From Trueperaceae bacterium (GTDB taxonomy: Bacteria; Deinococcota; Deinococci; Deinococcales; Trueperaceae), in the NCBI GenBank assembly GCA_965213705.1, contig OZ243913.1, forward strand, positions 2,112,001-2,176,000: DNA of 64,000 bases. Reading direction: 5' to 3'. Each line of letters starts with the position of its first letter. Within the stretch, counting starts at the first letter, position 1. The notes below the pieces were generated by a model. The model worked only from the letters and a program-made list of their open reading frames with translations. It had not been told where the DNA came from and did no database searches. A program made the translations under genes and the position numbers. Shown in pieces: positions 1 to 10,880 of this stretch.

Positions 1-592
1 TCAAAACCTGCGCCAACCGCGCCCGCAACACCTCGTCGCGCCAGTTGCCGCTCAGGTCGTAGGCCATCATCTTCGTCCACACGACCACGTCTGCGAGGGT
101 CCACGGCTCGGGTTCAAAACCCAGCACCAGAAACTCCGGCGGCAGCGCGCCGCGCCGCGTGTCCAAAAACGTGTTGATGCCGCTCACGTAAGCGTCCAGC
201 GTGGCGAGCGTTTCCGGGCTGAACGCCCCAAGCGCCTTTTCAGCGTGGCGGTAGACGCCGAGCGTGCGCAAAAAAGTGTCGGTGGGCAGCGTCGCCTCGC
301 CCAGCACTTCGGACAGGCGGCCCGCGCCGACGCGGCGCTGAAACTCCATCTGCCACAGCCGGTCTTGCGCGTGGACGAAGCCGAGCGCGAAGTAAGCGTC
401 TTGTGGCGTTTGCGCGTAGATGTGCGGCACGGCGTAGCGGTCGCGTACGACCTCGACGGTGTTGCTCAAACCGGGCAGGTCCAGGGTGCCCCGCACCTTG
501 GGCAGCGAGCTGCGCAGGTAGATAAAACCGCCCAGCACGGCGAGGATGAGGACAAAAACGAGGACGAGCAGCCCGCGGAAAAGACGCATCAT
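1..592 (-). CDS. Penicillin acylase (Ntn-hydrolase, S45) family protein, 5' part; runs off the window
   Basis: Translated by hand (not in the ORF track): MMRLFRGLLVLVFVLILAVLGGFIYLRSSLPKVRGTLDLPGLSNTVEVVRDRYAVPHIYA...ALGFVHAQDRLWQMEFQRRVGAGRLSEVLG. GGAGG RBS upstream. Confidence 0.9.
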   Translation of the reverse strand, partial: MMRLFRGLLVLVFVLILAVLGGFIYLRSSLPKVRGTLDLPGLSNTVEVVRDRYAVPHIYAQTPQDAYFALGFVHAQDRLWQMEFQRRVGAGRLSEVLGEATLPTDTFLRTLGVYRHAEKALGAFSPETLATLDAYVSGINTFLDTRRGALPPEFLVLGFEPEPWTLADVVVWTKMMAYDLSGNWRDEVLRARLAQVL

Positions 593-694
593 TTTCAAAG
601 CCTCCGAAACTGAACCAGTTTACCGCGCTCGAGTGTACCAAGCGCGGTAAACTGGACAGAACAACGTCGGAGAGCCGAAAACGTTTGCTTGGGC

Positions 695-1873
695 TTAAAT
701 GCCCCGCCCACCCCGGCCCGGCGCGGCGCTCGGCGCCGGCCTGGTTGCGGCCGGCTGGCTTTGTCCGGCCGCCCCCGCTACGCCGCCCGACTCGACCAGC
801 CGCGCAAACTCTTTGGCGTCGACCGAGCGCTCGATGCCGGTGTTGTAACTGATGATACGTCGCAAGTGCATCTCGGCGAGACACGCGTCCATCGTGACCA
901 TACCGACTTGACCGCCCATCTGAATTTGCGACAAGATTTGGTGCGTTTTGCCCTCGCGGATGAGGTTGCGCACCGCGGGCGTCGCCATCATAAACTCGTA
1001 GGCCAGAACGCGCCCGTCACCGCCGGCGCGCGGAACGAGTTGCTGGGTCAAAATGGCGACGAGGTTGTTGGCGAGCTGTACGCGCACCTGTTCTTGCTGC
1101 GCTTCGGGGAACACGTCGATAATGCGGTCGACCGCCTCGGGCGCGGAGTTGGTGTGCAAGGTGCCCATGACCAGGTGCCCGGTCTCGGCCGCCGTCACCG
1201 CCGCCCCGATGGTTTCGTGGTCGCGCATCTCGCCTACCAAAATAACGTCGGGGGCTTGGCGCAGCACGCTCCGCAACGCTTTGGCGAAATTTTGCGTGTC
1301 TTCACCGATTTCGCGCTGGTTGACGATGCACTCTTTGTGTTGGTGATAGAACTCGATAGGGTCTTCAATCGTGACGATGTGTTTGTGATACTCGCGGTTG
1401 ATGAGGTCTATCATGGTGGCGAGCGTGGTCGACTTGCCCGAACCCGTAGGCCCGGTGACCAAAACGAGGCCGCGCGGCTGCCGCGCCACGTCGCCGATGT
1501 GTTTGGGAATCCCCATTTCCTCAAAACTCAGGATGTTCTCGCTGATGGTCCGCAATACCCCGCCGACCGAGCTGCGCTGAAAAAACACGTTGACCCGAAA
1601 GCGGCCCTGGCCGGACAAGCTGAACGAGAAGTCGAGTTCGCGCGTCTCTTCGAAAATCCGCTGTTTTTTCTCGTCCATCATGGAGTACATCAGGCGGCGG
1701 GTAGTGGTGGGCGTCATGACTTCGAACTCGGTGGTTCGCCATTCGCCGCTCAGACGCAGCATCGGCGGCAAGCCCACGGTAAGAATAAGGTCCGAGGCGC
1801 GGCGTTCCATCGCCAAGCGCAACAGCGTAACGATGTCGACCTGCATCTGGGTCGCTTTGAGTTGGTCAGCCAC
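695..1873 (-). CDS. pilT: Type IV pilus retraction ATPase PilT
   Basis: Walker A GPTGSGKST, TIEDPIE, LRQAPDVILVGEMRD, TGHLVMGTLH, AVRNLIRE motif. Confidence 0.95.
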   Translation of the reverse strand: MADQLKATQMQVDIVTLLRLAMERRASDLILTVGLPPMLRLSGEWRTTEFEVMTPTTTRRLMYSMMDEKKQRIFEETRELDFSFSLSGQGRFRVNVFFQRSSVGGVLRTISENILSFEEMGIPKHIGDVARQPRGLVLVTGPTGSGKSTTLATMIDLINREYHKHIVTIEDPIEFYHQHKECIVNQREIGEDTQNFAKALRSVLRQAPDVILVGEMRDHETIGAAVTAAETGHLVMGTLHTNSAPEAVDRIIDVFPEAQQEQVRVQLANNLVAILTQQLVPRAGGDGRVLAYEFMMATPAVRNLIREGKTHQILSQIQMGGQVGMVTMDACLAEMHLRRIISYNTGIERSVDAKEFARLVESGGVAGAAGQSQPAATRPAPSAAPGRGGRGI

Positions 1874-1966
1874 TTTCTACTCCTTAAACGCCGGCGTGCG
1901 AAAAGCTCTTTTTTGCCGTCCGCCCCCGCCCTCGCCAAAGACGGTTTTTCAGGTTTTGCCGGCAAC

Positions 1967-4627
1967 CTAGTCGGAGGTGCGCGCGAGCACCTCTTCTAAG
2001 GTCGTGATGCCCTGAAACGCCTTGTGAATGCCGTCGTCGCGGAGCGTGCGCATTCCGTTTTTGACGGCGATGTCTTTAATGATGTTGGCCGGGGACTCGC
2101 GGGCGATGGCACTCTCCATCTCTTCGCCGACGGCTAAAAACTCGTGGATGCCGTAACGGCCGTTGTAGCCCGAGCCGCTGCACTTTTCGCAGCCGACACC
2201 CCGGTACAGCAGCTTGCCGCGGATGTCCGCCTCGGACACGCCTATGCGCCGCAACACGTCGGGTTCGGGCGTGTACTCGACCTTGCAGTTGCCGCACACC
2301 TTGCGGACCAAACGCTGCGCCAGCACCCCGATGAGCGAGGCCGAGACGTTGAACGGTTCGACGCCCATTTCGGTGAGCCTTGTCACCACGCTCGGCGCGT
2401 CGTTGGTGTGCAAGGTGGCGATGAGCAGGTGACCGGTCAGCGCCGCCTCGACCGCAATTTTGGCCGTTTCGGTATCGCGAATCTCGCCGACCATGATGAT
2501 GTCCGGGTCTTGACGCAAAAACGCGCGCAACGCTCGAGCAAAGTCCAGACCCGCCTTGACGTTGACTTGTGTCTGGTTGATGCCCGGAATCTCGTATTCG
2601 ACCGGGTCTTCGACGGTCGTCACGTTGACCTCGGGCATCGCCAAACGTTTCAGGATGGAGAACGTGGTAAAAGACTTGCCCGAACCCGTAGGGCCGGTAA
2701 TCAAAAACATGCCGTAGGGTTTTTTGATGACGTCGGAAAAAGCCTGAAAATTGTAGTCGGCGAAGCCGAGCTGTTCGATTTCGGGAATCGAAGACGCCTT
2801 TTTTAGGATGCGCATGACCGACTTTTCGCCGTAAACAGTCGGCAACGTGGAGAGTCGCAAGTCGACCTCGACGTTTTTGTCCTTGAAACGCACGCGGCCG
2901 TCTTGGGGCATTCGCCGTTCGGCGATGTTGAGCCCGCCCATAATCTTGATGCGCGCAGCCATCGCGCTCGCGGCGGCGCGCGGCATCGTCATGTACTCGC
3001 GCAGTGACCCGTCCTTGCGCACGCGCACCAGCACGCGGTTGGGCTGCGGCTCTATGTGAATGTCCGAAATATCGTTGAGGACCGCTTCGCGGATGATGCT
3101 GTTGACGATTTTGACGAGCGCGTTGTCGTCGATGGCGCTTGTATCCTCGGCTTGTTCTTGTGCCCGCCCGCCGACCTCTTCCAAAACCGTTTTGGTGAGT
3201 TCGTCCATGTCCTCGCCGCCGCGGTAAAAGCGGTTGAGGAGGCCGCTCAAGGCCTCTTCGGTGGCGACGGCGGGTTGGATTTCCTTGCCGGTGATAAGCC
3301 GAATGTCGTCGAGGGCGAACACGTGCCGGGGGTCTTTCATGGCGACGACGAGGGTATTGCCTTCCAAGCGCACCGGCATCGCGCTGTAGCGCCGCGCGGT
3401 CGCTTCGGGCACGAGCGTCACCGCGTAGCTGTCGACCTTGGTGGTACCTATGTCGATGTACTCGTAGCCGAGCTGCATCGCCAGACTTTTGGCGAGCATT
3501 TCCGGGCTGATTTTACCCGACTGTACGAGCGTGTCTTCCAAGCGGCCGCCGCCCGAGCGTTGCCGGTTGAGTGCGTCGTCGACGTCGGTCTGGGTCACGT
3601 AGCCTAAGTCGATGAGAATTTCGCCCAGCGGTTTGACGCGCCCGAGCTTGTTTTGCTCGTCCAAGGCTTTGCGCAACTGTTCGCGCTTGAGCTTGCGGTT
3701 TTGCAGCAGGGTCTCGCCCAAACGGCCTTTGTTGTCGGCGTACATCGTTTCAATCCGCTGCAACACGGCCGTTTCGGGGCTGACGACAAAGCGGAGCGGA
3801 CGTTGTGCGATGGCTTCTAAGTCCGGAATACGCCGGGGGTCGGCCAGGGCGATGATGAGGTCGTCTCCGTCTTCCCGGTAAGGCACGGCGTTGAACTGTA
3901 CCGCGTCGAAGCGGAGCAAGTTGGCGGCCAAGGCTTCGTCGAAGGGCGCGTCTGAAAGTTTGGCAACGTAGTCGACACCGACCTGTTCGGCCAACAACGT
4001 CGCCAGCTCTTCTTCGCTCAACAAGCCTCTCGTGATGAAGATGCGGCCCAACAGACCGCCCGTGCGACTTTGTTCTTCGACGGACTGCCGCAACTGTTCG
4101 ACGCTGATAAGGCCACGCTCGACGGCCAAGTTGCCGAGCCGCTGGCTGACGTCGACCTCTAAGTCCTGGGGCGGCTCGAGCCCCAGTTCCGGATAGTGCG
4201 TGGCGACGGCCCACTGCAGCTCTTTGCTGAGCGCTTGGTACGGCTCGACCGTACACCCCGACGCGTCCTCGACCTCTTCTATCGCAAAAGCGTCGAGCGG
4301 GTCTTCAAAAGCGACGCGTAGCCGGTTACCCTCGAGCGCAAACGGAAACGCGCCCACCTCGAAAGCCAAGTCTGCCGGGACTTTGCTCAGGGCTTCGTGC
4401 ATGACCTCGACCCTGGGCAACACGACCAAGGGAATCCCGATAGACTCTTCGACCGCTCGAGCGATTCTCTGCTCGGAAATAACCCCGATGTTGACCAAAA
4501 TATCCGCCAAGCGCCCGCCGACCTCTGAATGCCGACCGATGGCTTGCTGCAACGCCTCGTCGTTGACGTAGCCGCGCTCCAACAGCACAGCGCCCAAGCG
4601 TTTGTCGCCTATAGAGAGAACGGCCAC
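1967..4627 (-). CDS. pilF: Type IV pilus assembly ATPase (PilB/Thermus PilF type) with three N-terminal GSPII/MshEN domains
   Basis: Repeated RLGxxL motifs (RLGAVLLERG, RLGNLAVERG, RLGETLLQ), GPTGSGKS, LRQDPDIIMVGEIRD, CGNC...CEKC zinc motif. Confidence 0.93.
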   Translation of the reverse strand: MAVLSIGDKRLGAVLLERGYVNDEALQQAIGRHSEVGGRLADILVNIGVISEQRIARAVEESIGIPLVVLPRVEVMHEALSKVPADLAFEVGAFPFALEGNRLRVAFEDPLDAFAIEEVEDASGCTVEPYQALSKELQWAVATHYPELGLEPPQDLEVDVSQRLGNLAVERGLISVEQLRQSVEEQSRTGGLLGRIFITRGLLSEEELATLLAEQVGVDYVAKLSDAPFDEALAANLLRFDAVQFNAVPYREDGDDLIIALADPRRIPDLEAIAQRPLRFVVSPETAVLQRIETMYADNKGRLGETLLQNRKLKREQLRKALDEQNKLGRVKPLGEILIDLGYVTQTDVDDALNRQRSGGGRLEDTLVQSGKISPEMLAKSLAMQLGYEYIDIGTTKVDSYAVTLVPEATARRYSAMPVRLEGNTLVVAMKDPRHVFALDDIRLITGKEIQPAVATEEALSGLLNRFYRGGEDMDELTKTVLEEVGGRAQEQAEDTSAIDDNALVKIVNSIIREAVLNDISDIHIEPQPNRVLVRVRKDGSLREYMTMPRAAASAMAARIKIMGGLNIAERRMPQDGRVRFKDKNVEVDLRLSTLPTVYGEKSVMRILKKASSIPEIEQLGFADYNFQAFSDVIKKPYGMFLITGPTGSGKSFTTFSILKRLAMPEVNVTTVEDPVEYEIPGINQTQVNVKAGLDFARALRAFLRQDPDIIMVGEIRDTETAKIAVEAALTGHLLIATLHTNDAPSVVTRLTEMGVEPFNVSASLIGVLAQRLVRKVCGNCKVEYTPEPDVLRRIGVSEADIRGKLLYRGVGCEKCSGSGYNGRYGIHEFLAVGEEMESAIARESPANIIKDIAVKNGMRTLRDDGIHKAFQGITTLEEVLARTSD

Positions 4628-5103
4628 TCTGACCTCCTTAAAAGTGCAGCTTCCAGCTTGCGAGCCGCGCGCGTGTGGGGCAGGCCTCCTGCCGAAAGAG
4701 GGGTCACCAAGACGCTCGTCAAGCCCGCCAAGTTCGCGCCCAAGACGTCGGTAAAAAGTTGGTCGCCGACCATCGCCGTTTCAAAGGCTTGGCTGCCCAA
4801 CAGGGTCAGGCCGCGCCGAAACCCGAACCAGAAAGGCTTGCCGACCAAAGCCAACCCGGGCACGCCCAAGGTCTGCGACCACTGCCGCACCCGCCGCGGT
4901 TGACCGTTGCTCAAGATGAGCAGGGGCACGTCGGCAGCTTTGAGCGACCCGACCCAGTCGTGAAAGCTGGACGTGATGTCAGGGCTGTTCGACGCGACGA
5001 GGGTGTCGTCCAAGTCGACCATCACCGCGCGTATCCCGTGGCGGTTCAGCACCGCAGGTGCGAGGTCGTGAACGGCGTCTATCATGAGATCGGGCCTCAA
5101 CAC
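4609..5103 (-). CDS. YqeG-family HAD IIIA phosphatase
   Basis: DLDDTL motif I, ILSN, GKP, MVGDQLFTDVLGAN. Confidence 0.88.
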   Translation of the reverse strand: MLRPDLMIDAVHDLAPAVLNRHGIRAVMVDLDDTLVASNSPDITSSFHDWVGSLKAADVPLLILSNGQPRRVRQWSQTLGVPGLALVGKPFWFGFRRGLTLLGSQAFETAMVGDQLFTDVLGANLAGLTSVLVTPLSAGGLPHTRAARKLEAALLRRSEWPFSL

Positions 5104-5389
5104 TCTGGGTGCAGTCTAGCACCGCCGGTTGCGGGGCAGAGATAAGATATTTACTACGCTGTCCCCGTTGGCAAAAAATGAAAAACCTTACCCCCCAAAG
5201 GTTTTTAGCTGCACTCGCCGTTTCGCCCTGTGGTCAACCCCACGCACCGGCGCCGCTTTCTGTGGTATGCTCACTTCATGTAACCGCCATATTGTGTAGG
5301 GCAAGGTGTTCGCACCTTGCCCTTTGTGCTACCGGCCGCAGACCTTTTAAATCTTCAAGCCAGCAGTCACCACAATCCAGGAGGCAACC

Positions 5390-5440
5390 ATGAGCGAATC
5401 TCGGTTTATCAGCAGCAGACACCGCGAGGACGCCTTATGA
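5390..5440 (+). CDS. Putative 16-aa upstream ORF (MSESRFISSRHREDAL)
   Basis: GGAGG RBS before ATG 5390; its TGA overlaps the ATG at 5437 (ATGA). Confidence 0.35.
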   Translation: MSESRFISSRHREDAL

Positions 5441-5829
5441 AACGCCCCAAAATAAGAACGCTGGAAGAGTTGCACCCTCACGTCAAAGCCGGGCGCTACC
5501 GCATCTGTTCGCACGCGACGAAACACGCGACCTGCGAAGGCTTTACCGAGTCCGACATCGTCGGGGCCATACTCTACGGCAAAGAGCTGTTGCGCTACAC
5601 CCAAGACGAAAGACTGCTGGCGCTGGGGTACATGCACCCCAGTCCCACGGTCAAAATCCCGCTTCACGTTGTTTTGGAGTACGCCAAACCCAGGTGGGTC
5701 GACGTGGTGACCGCGTTTATCCCGCAAGAAGCGCACCGCGTGGTCTCGAGGGCGCGCCTGGCCCAAATCCTCCGCCACGACCGCCACGAGCCGAACGTGC
5801 GCGAGGTCGGAGTAAGCAGTTGGGGCTGA
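5437..5829 (+). CDS. DUF4258-like protein (small RelE/BrnT-like toxin fold), no adjacent antitoxin
   Basis: YRICSHATKH...ESDIVGAILYG...LLALG...PLHVVLEY...VVTAFIP pattern; start set at ATG 5437 after GAGGA. Confidence 0.65.
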   Translation: MKRPKIRTLEELHPHVKAGRYRICSHATKHATCEGFTESDIVGAILYGKELLRYTQDERLLALGYMHPSPTVKIPLHVVLEYAKPRWVDVVTAFIPQEAHRVVSRARLAQILRHDRHEPNVREVGVSSWG

Positions 5830-5838
5830 TTCGGCAGG

Positions 5839-5954
5839 GAAAGTACCGGGTAAAAGGTACCAGGTGAAAACTGCTGAGTGGAAACTACCGGGTGAAAAGT
5901 ACCGAGTCAAACCTCATCAAACCCGGTACCGGGTACTTGTTCACTAGCTTTTCA
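5839..5954. repeat. Degenerate 14-mer (2x7) tandem repeat/hairpin element, consensus GAAAAGTACCGAGT
   Basis: aaaaggtaccaggt gaaaactgctgagt ggaaactaccgggt gaaaagtaccgagt, followed by a partly complementary arm; lies between convergent genes. Confidence 0.75.
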
Positions 5955-6713
5955 TCACCTCAGCCCGTACACCCGCGCGGCGTTGTCGTCGGTGTAGGCC
6001 TCGACCTCGTGTTCGTGTTCGCCCCTGAGTTCGGCCAAAAACCGGGCGGTGTAACGCACGTTCGCCGGCACGTTTTCGCGTCCCCGACGCGGGACCGGCG
6101 CGAGATAAGGGCTGTCGGTTTCGACGAGCAAACGGTCCCGGGGCACCGCGCGCGCGACGTTTTGCAGGACTGTGGCGTTTTTAAAAGTGAGGTTGCCCGC
6201 GAAAGAAACGTACCAGCCCAGGGCCAGGCCCGTCTCGAGCAGGCCCTCGTGCCCGTTGAAGCAGTGCAAAATACCCTTGCCGTAGCCCACCTGCCGCACC
6301 ATCTCCGCCGCCGTGCGGGACGCCGCGTCCCCTTCTCGCTTGTCGCGAACGTGCAAGATGAGCGGTTTGTCCAGCTCGGCGGCGAGCGCAGCTTGCCACA
6401 CGAACGCCGCCCGCTGCGTTTGTAAGGTTTCTAGGTCCCAATAAGTGTCGAACCCCGTTTCACCGACGGCTACAACCTTCGGGTGCCGGGCGAGGGCGGC
6501 CACGGCTTCTCTCGTTCCCCGGTTCGCCGCGTCGCTGGCATGGTTGGGATGAAGCCCGACCGCCGCCCAGACGTTGTCGAAACGTTCAGCCAGCTGCAAG
6601 ACGTTTCGACAACTCTCCAGGGTCGTACCCACGCTGACCAGGGCGCGCAACTGGGGGTCAACGGCTCCGATGGGGTCGGCACAAGCGTCTAAGTGGCAGT
6701 GGCTGTCGGTCAT
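5955..6713 (-). CDS. tatD: TatD family deoxyribonuclease
   Basis: MTDSHCHLD, VGLHP, AVGETGFD, LILHVRD, ILHCF, ETDSPYLAP; leaderless start (TATCAT 6 nt upstream). Confidence 0.93.
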   Translation of the reverse strand: MTDSHCHLDACADPIGAVDPQLRALVSVGTTLESCRNVLQLAERFDNVWAAVGLHPNHASDAANRGTREAVAALARHPKVVAVGETGFDTYWDLETLQTQRAAFVWQAALAAELDKPLILHVRDKREGDAASRTAAEMVRQVGYGKGILHCFNGHEGLLETGLALGWYVSFAGNLTFKNATVLQNVARAVPRDRLLVETDSPYLAPVPRRGRENVPANVRYTARFLAELRGEHEHEVEAYTDDNAARVYGLR

Positions 6714-6899
6714 GAAAGGATGATAACGCGCGCCCCGAAAGGTTGATGAAGCGTCCGCAAAAAAGAAGCCGAGCGGTTTTTCCCAGACTCGGCTTATGAG
6801 ATGCCTGTGAGAATTTTGTAAGAGGCCGTTTGCTACCTTAACTTTACTTAAAGAGGACGCCGTCAGAACGGCGTCCTTGCCAGAAAGCGAGGCGGCATC

Positions 6900-7070
6900 G
6901 TGGTGCAATACGTCGTGTTCGGGGAAACGGTTCAGAGGCTTTCGAACGATGAACTCAGCGTAACTATAAACAAGTGTGAAACGGCCATCGCCGACGGTTC
7001 AGCAGAAATCGAAGACTACGAGGCGTTTGTGCTCTGCCAACAAGAGTTGGTGCGCCGGACCTGGTCTTAA
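6900..7070 (+). CDS. Small hypothetical protein, 56 aa (below ORF-track cutoff)
   Basis: GTG...TAA: VVQYVVFGETVQRLSNDELSVTINKCETAIADGSAEIEDYEAFVLCQQELVRRTWS; GAGG upstream; fills an otherwise empty 460-nt gap. Confidence 0.6.
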   Translation: MVQYVVFGETVQRLSNDELSVTINKCETAIADGSAEIEDYEAFVLCQQELVRRTWS

Positions 7071-7171
7071 GTTGAAAGACGGTTTGCACCGTCCGGTTCT
7101 AAATCTTTGCGCAGCTTTGACAGGCGCGGGCGACTCATCACCTGCGCCTGTCTTTTCGCTTACACTGAGCC

Positions 7172-7798
7172 ATGCGACGGCTCTTTTTTTTTACTTTCAT
7201 CACAGTTTGCTTTCTGGCGGGCTGCGTACCCGCAACAGTTTCGGTAAGCACGGAGGCCGCGGCGTTGGCTCAAGCACCCCAAGACTACGAAGGCAGGGCG
7301 TCTTGGTACGGCCCCGGTTTCGCGGGCAGGCGCACGGCGAACGGTGAAATCTTCGACCCCTCCCAGCTCACCGCGGCGCACAAAACGCTGCCTTTCGGTA
7401 CGCAGGTGCGCGTGACCAACCTCAACAACGGGCGCAGCACTCTGGTCCGCATCAACGACCGCGGGCCTTTCAAACCGGGCCGAATCATCGACCTGTCGCG
7501 CGCCGCCGCCGAGCAAATCGGCATGATTGGCAGCGGCACCGCGCCGGTGCAGTTGGAACTCATGAGCACCAACAGCAGCGCTGCGCTGACCACGGCTATC
7601 GACTCGAGCCTACAAGGCTACGCGGTCGTTTCAGCTCGGTACGAAACCGGGACGCTGCTGATGCTGAGTTCAGCCCAAGCGCCCGAGCCTTTGCTCGCCC
7701 GCGTCGTCGGCACCACCTCGCCCGAAGGCGTCGACATGTTGATTTCGCCGAGGCTGTCGAACGAACTCGGCGACGGCATCGTTGTCCTCAACCCCTGA
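7172..7798 (+). CDS. rlpA: Septal ring lytic transglycosylase RlpA family lipoprotein
   Basis: Lipobox LAGC; GRASWYG, TANGE, TAAHKTLPFGT, VRINDRGPF, IIDLS. Confidence 0.92.
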   Translation: MRRLFFFTFITVCFLAGCVPATVSVSTEAAALAQAPQDYEGRASWYGPGFAGRRTANGEIFDPSQLTAAHKTLPFGTQVRVTNLNNGRSTLVRINDRGPFKPGRIIDLSRAAAEQIGMIGSGTAPVQLELMSTNSSAALTTAIDSSLQGYAVVSARYETGTLLMLSSAQAPEPLLARVVGTTSPEGVDMLISPRLSNELGDGIVVLNP

Positions 7799-8556
7799 CG
7801 CAGGCCGCGGCGAGTTCGCGGGCCAGCACACCTACACCTCCGCTCGTTTCAGCCGCGCGGATGAGGGCCGACCCCACCACGACGCCGTCGGCAAGAGCTG
7901 CGACTTCCCTGGCCGTGTCCCCGCTCGAGACCCCGAAACCGACCGCCACGGGCAAGTCCGTGACCGCGCCGACCCGCGCCAAAAAGTCGGGCAGCTCGTC
8001 ACTCACGGCCTCGCGCGCCCCGGTCACGCCCGTTACCGAAACCGCGTAAACAAAACCGCGGCAAGCTTCGGTGACCAGTCGAAGCCGCTGTTCGGTCGAG
8101 GTTGGAGCTACCAAAAACACGGTATCGAGGTCGACGCCGCGCGCCGCCGGAATCAGCGTTTCGGCCTCGTCGGGGGGTAAGTCGGGCAAGATGACGCCGT
8201 CGGCCCCGGACATTTTCAGGTCGTCGAGGAAGCCTTCTTCACCGCTTTCGTAACAGTAAATCGGATTGTAATAAGTCATGAGGACAATAGGCTTGTCGGT
8301 CTCAGCCCGCAGTTCGCGGATGAGGTCGAAGGTCTTGCGCGTGGTCATGCCCTGGGAGAGCACCCGCTCGGACGCTTTCTGAATCGTCGGCCCGTCGCCT
8401 AAGGGGTCGGAGTAGGGGAGACCGACTTCAAGCAAGTCTGCAACTTTCAGCAGCTCGAGGGCGTTCTTGACAAACGCCCGCTCGTCCGGAAACCCCGCCG
8501 TCATGTAGGGCACGAAGGCGGCGCGGCCTTCGCGTTCGGCCCTGGCGAACGCTGCG

Positions 8557-8570
<14 letters not shown>
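7788..8570 (-). CDS. trpA: Tryptophan synthase alpha chain
   Basis: [44 protein letters not shown]. Confidence 0.97.
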
Positions 8571-9780
<1,210 letters not shown>

Positions 9781-9874
9781 GACGACTCCTTAAAATTAAA
9801 AATGCAAAGTTCAAATTTTAGGCCGGGGTAAGACTCTCGAGCCGAGAACTGTGTTTGTCCTCGCTAAAACCGCG

Positions 9875-9937
9875 TCACCAACGTTGGTGGCGGCGCTTGA
9901 AGCTGCGCGGTGTGCGGATGCGCGGTCTGGGTTTCAT
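9875..9937 (-). promoter_or_regulatory. Putative trp leader peptide (MKPRPRIRTPRSFKRRHQRW*), leaderless, upstream of trpB
   Basis: TAAACT -10 box 7 nt before the ATG; 20 codons ending TGG TGA; the Trp codon lies in the palindrome CACCAACGTTGGTG. Confidence 0.7.
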
Positions 9938-9974
9938 CGACTACAGTTTAAAAGAACTTCGGAGAAATGTCCAA

Positions 9975-10880
9975 CTAAAGCAAGCGCTCGAGTTCTCCCA
10001 AAACCACGAGGCCGCCGTTGATGTCCGCGTCCGTCTCCGTCAGGCTCCACACCGCCGAAAGAACGCCGTGCGCAAAGCCCCAGGCGGCAACCTCCTGACG
10101 ACTTAACCCCAGCATCTCGCTGAAGATGTTCACGCGGGTGTCCAGAATATGCCGCAGGTCGGGTCGCCGCTCTACGCCCCACGAGTTGCGCAAAAAGGTT
10201 CCCACGTCGTAACCGCGCGGCCCGACGATGCCCTTGGGGTCGATGGCGAGGTAGGGTGCCCGGTCGGCGCTCAAAATATTGCCGTGGTGCAGGTCGGCGT
10301 GTAGGAGAACCGGGGTTTCGGTTGTTTGCAATAATTCATCAAAAAGTCCAGTTGCTTTGTCTACAAGGTTGTGAGCCAAAGGCCCCACGGTCTGCCGCGG
10401 GTAGTCGTAGAGTTCTCTAGCCCAGCTCCGCAACGTGCGGAAACTGTTCGGCTCTGTGACGGGTCGCCATAGGTGTTGCATGAGTTCGGCGGCGATACGG
10501 GTCGCGCCCGCGTCGTCGTCGGTGTTCCACAGCGAGACGCCGGGTTGCAGGCGCTCGAGCAACATCACCCCCACCGTTTCGTCCGCTTGAATGAGACGGC
10601 ACATCCCGTCGCCGTCGTACAGGCGCAGGGCCTCGAGTTCGCGGGCAAAGTCGTCGCTCGGCGGACTCATTTTGAGGACGAACGGCGTCCCGTCCGACCC
10701 TTCGGCAAAGGCGACGACGTTGTAAGACAGCTCCTCGGCCAGTCCCGTCACGCGAACTCGCCAGCGGGTCTCGAGGCCCGCAGTCAGCTCGTCCAATCCG
10801 GCCAGCCAGGGCGCGGCGTCCTCGTGAACGTCGTGAAGTTTTTGGATGAGGCTGGCGGGGAGGTTCACGGAGTTAGCCAA
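9975..10880 (-). CDS. Aminoglycoside/hydroxyurea phosphotransferase family (APH(6)-like) kinase
   Basis: VLKM, RELEALRLYDG, LLERLQPG, LLHADLHHGNIL, AIDPKG. Confidence 0.85.
   Translation of the reverse strand: MANSVNLPASLIQKLHDVHEDAAPWLAGLDELTAGLETRWRVRVTGLAEELSYNVVAFAEGSDGTPFVLKMSPPSDDFARELEALRLYDGDGMCRLIQADETVGVMLLERLQPGVSLWNTDDDAGATRIAAELMQHLWRPVTEPNSFRTLRSWARELYDYPRQTVGPLAHNLVDKATGLFDELLQTTETPVLLHADLHHGNILSADRAPYLAIDPKGIVGPRGYDVGTFLRNSWGVERRPDLRHILDTRVNIFSEMLGLSRQEVAAWGFAHGVLSAVWSLTETDADINGGLVVLGELERLL

Noticed and set aside
689..1999. Long antisense or alternate-frame ORFs (e.g. 689-1999, 13155-14249, 24940-26235, 36670-37728)
   Set aside because: Shadow ORFs of well-supported genes, expected in high-GC DNA.
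9855..10106. Plus-strand ORF containing HQRWW, resembling a tandem-Trp leader
   Set aside because: Wrong strand for trpBA; it arises from the palindrome in the minus-strand leader.
9975..10880. APH(6)-like gene as acquired streptomycin resistance
   Set aside because: Embedded in a housekeeping run (xpt-gluQ), host-like composition, no mobile context; substrate unknown.
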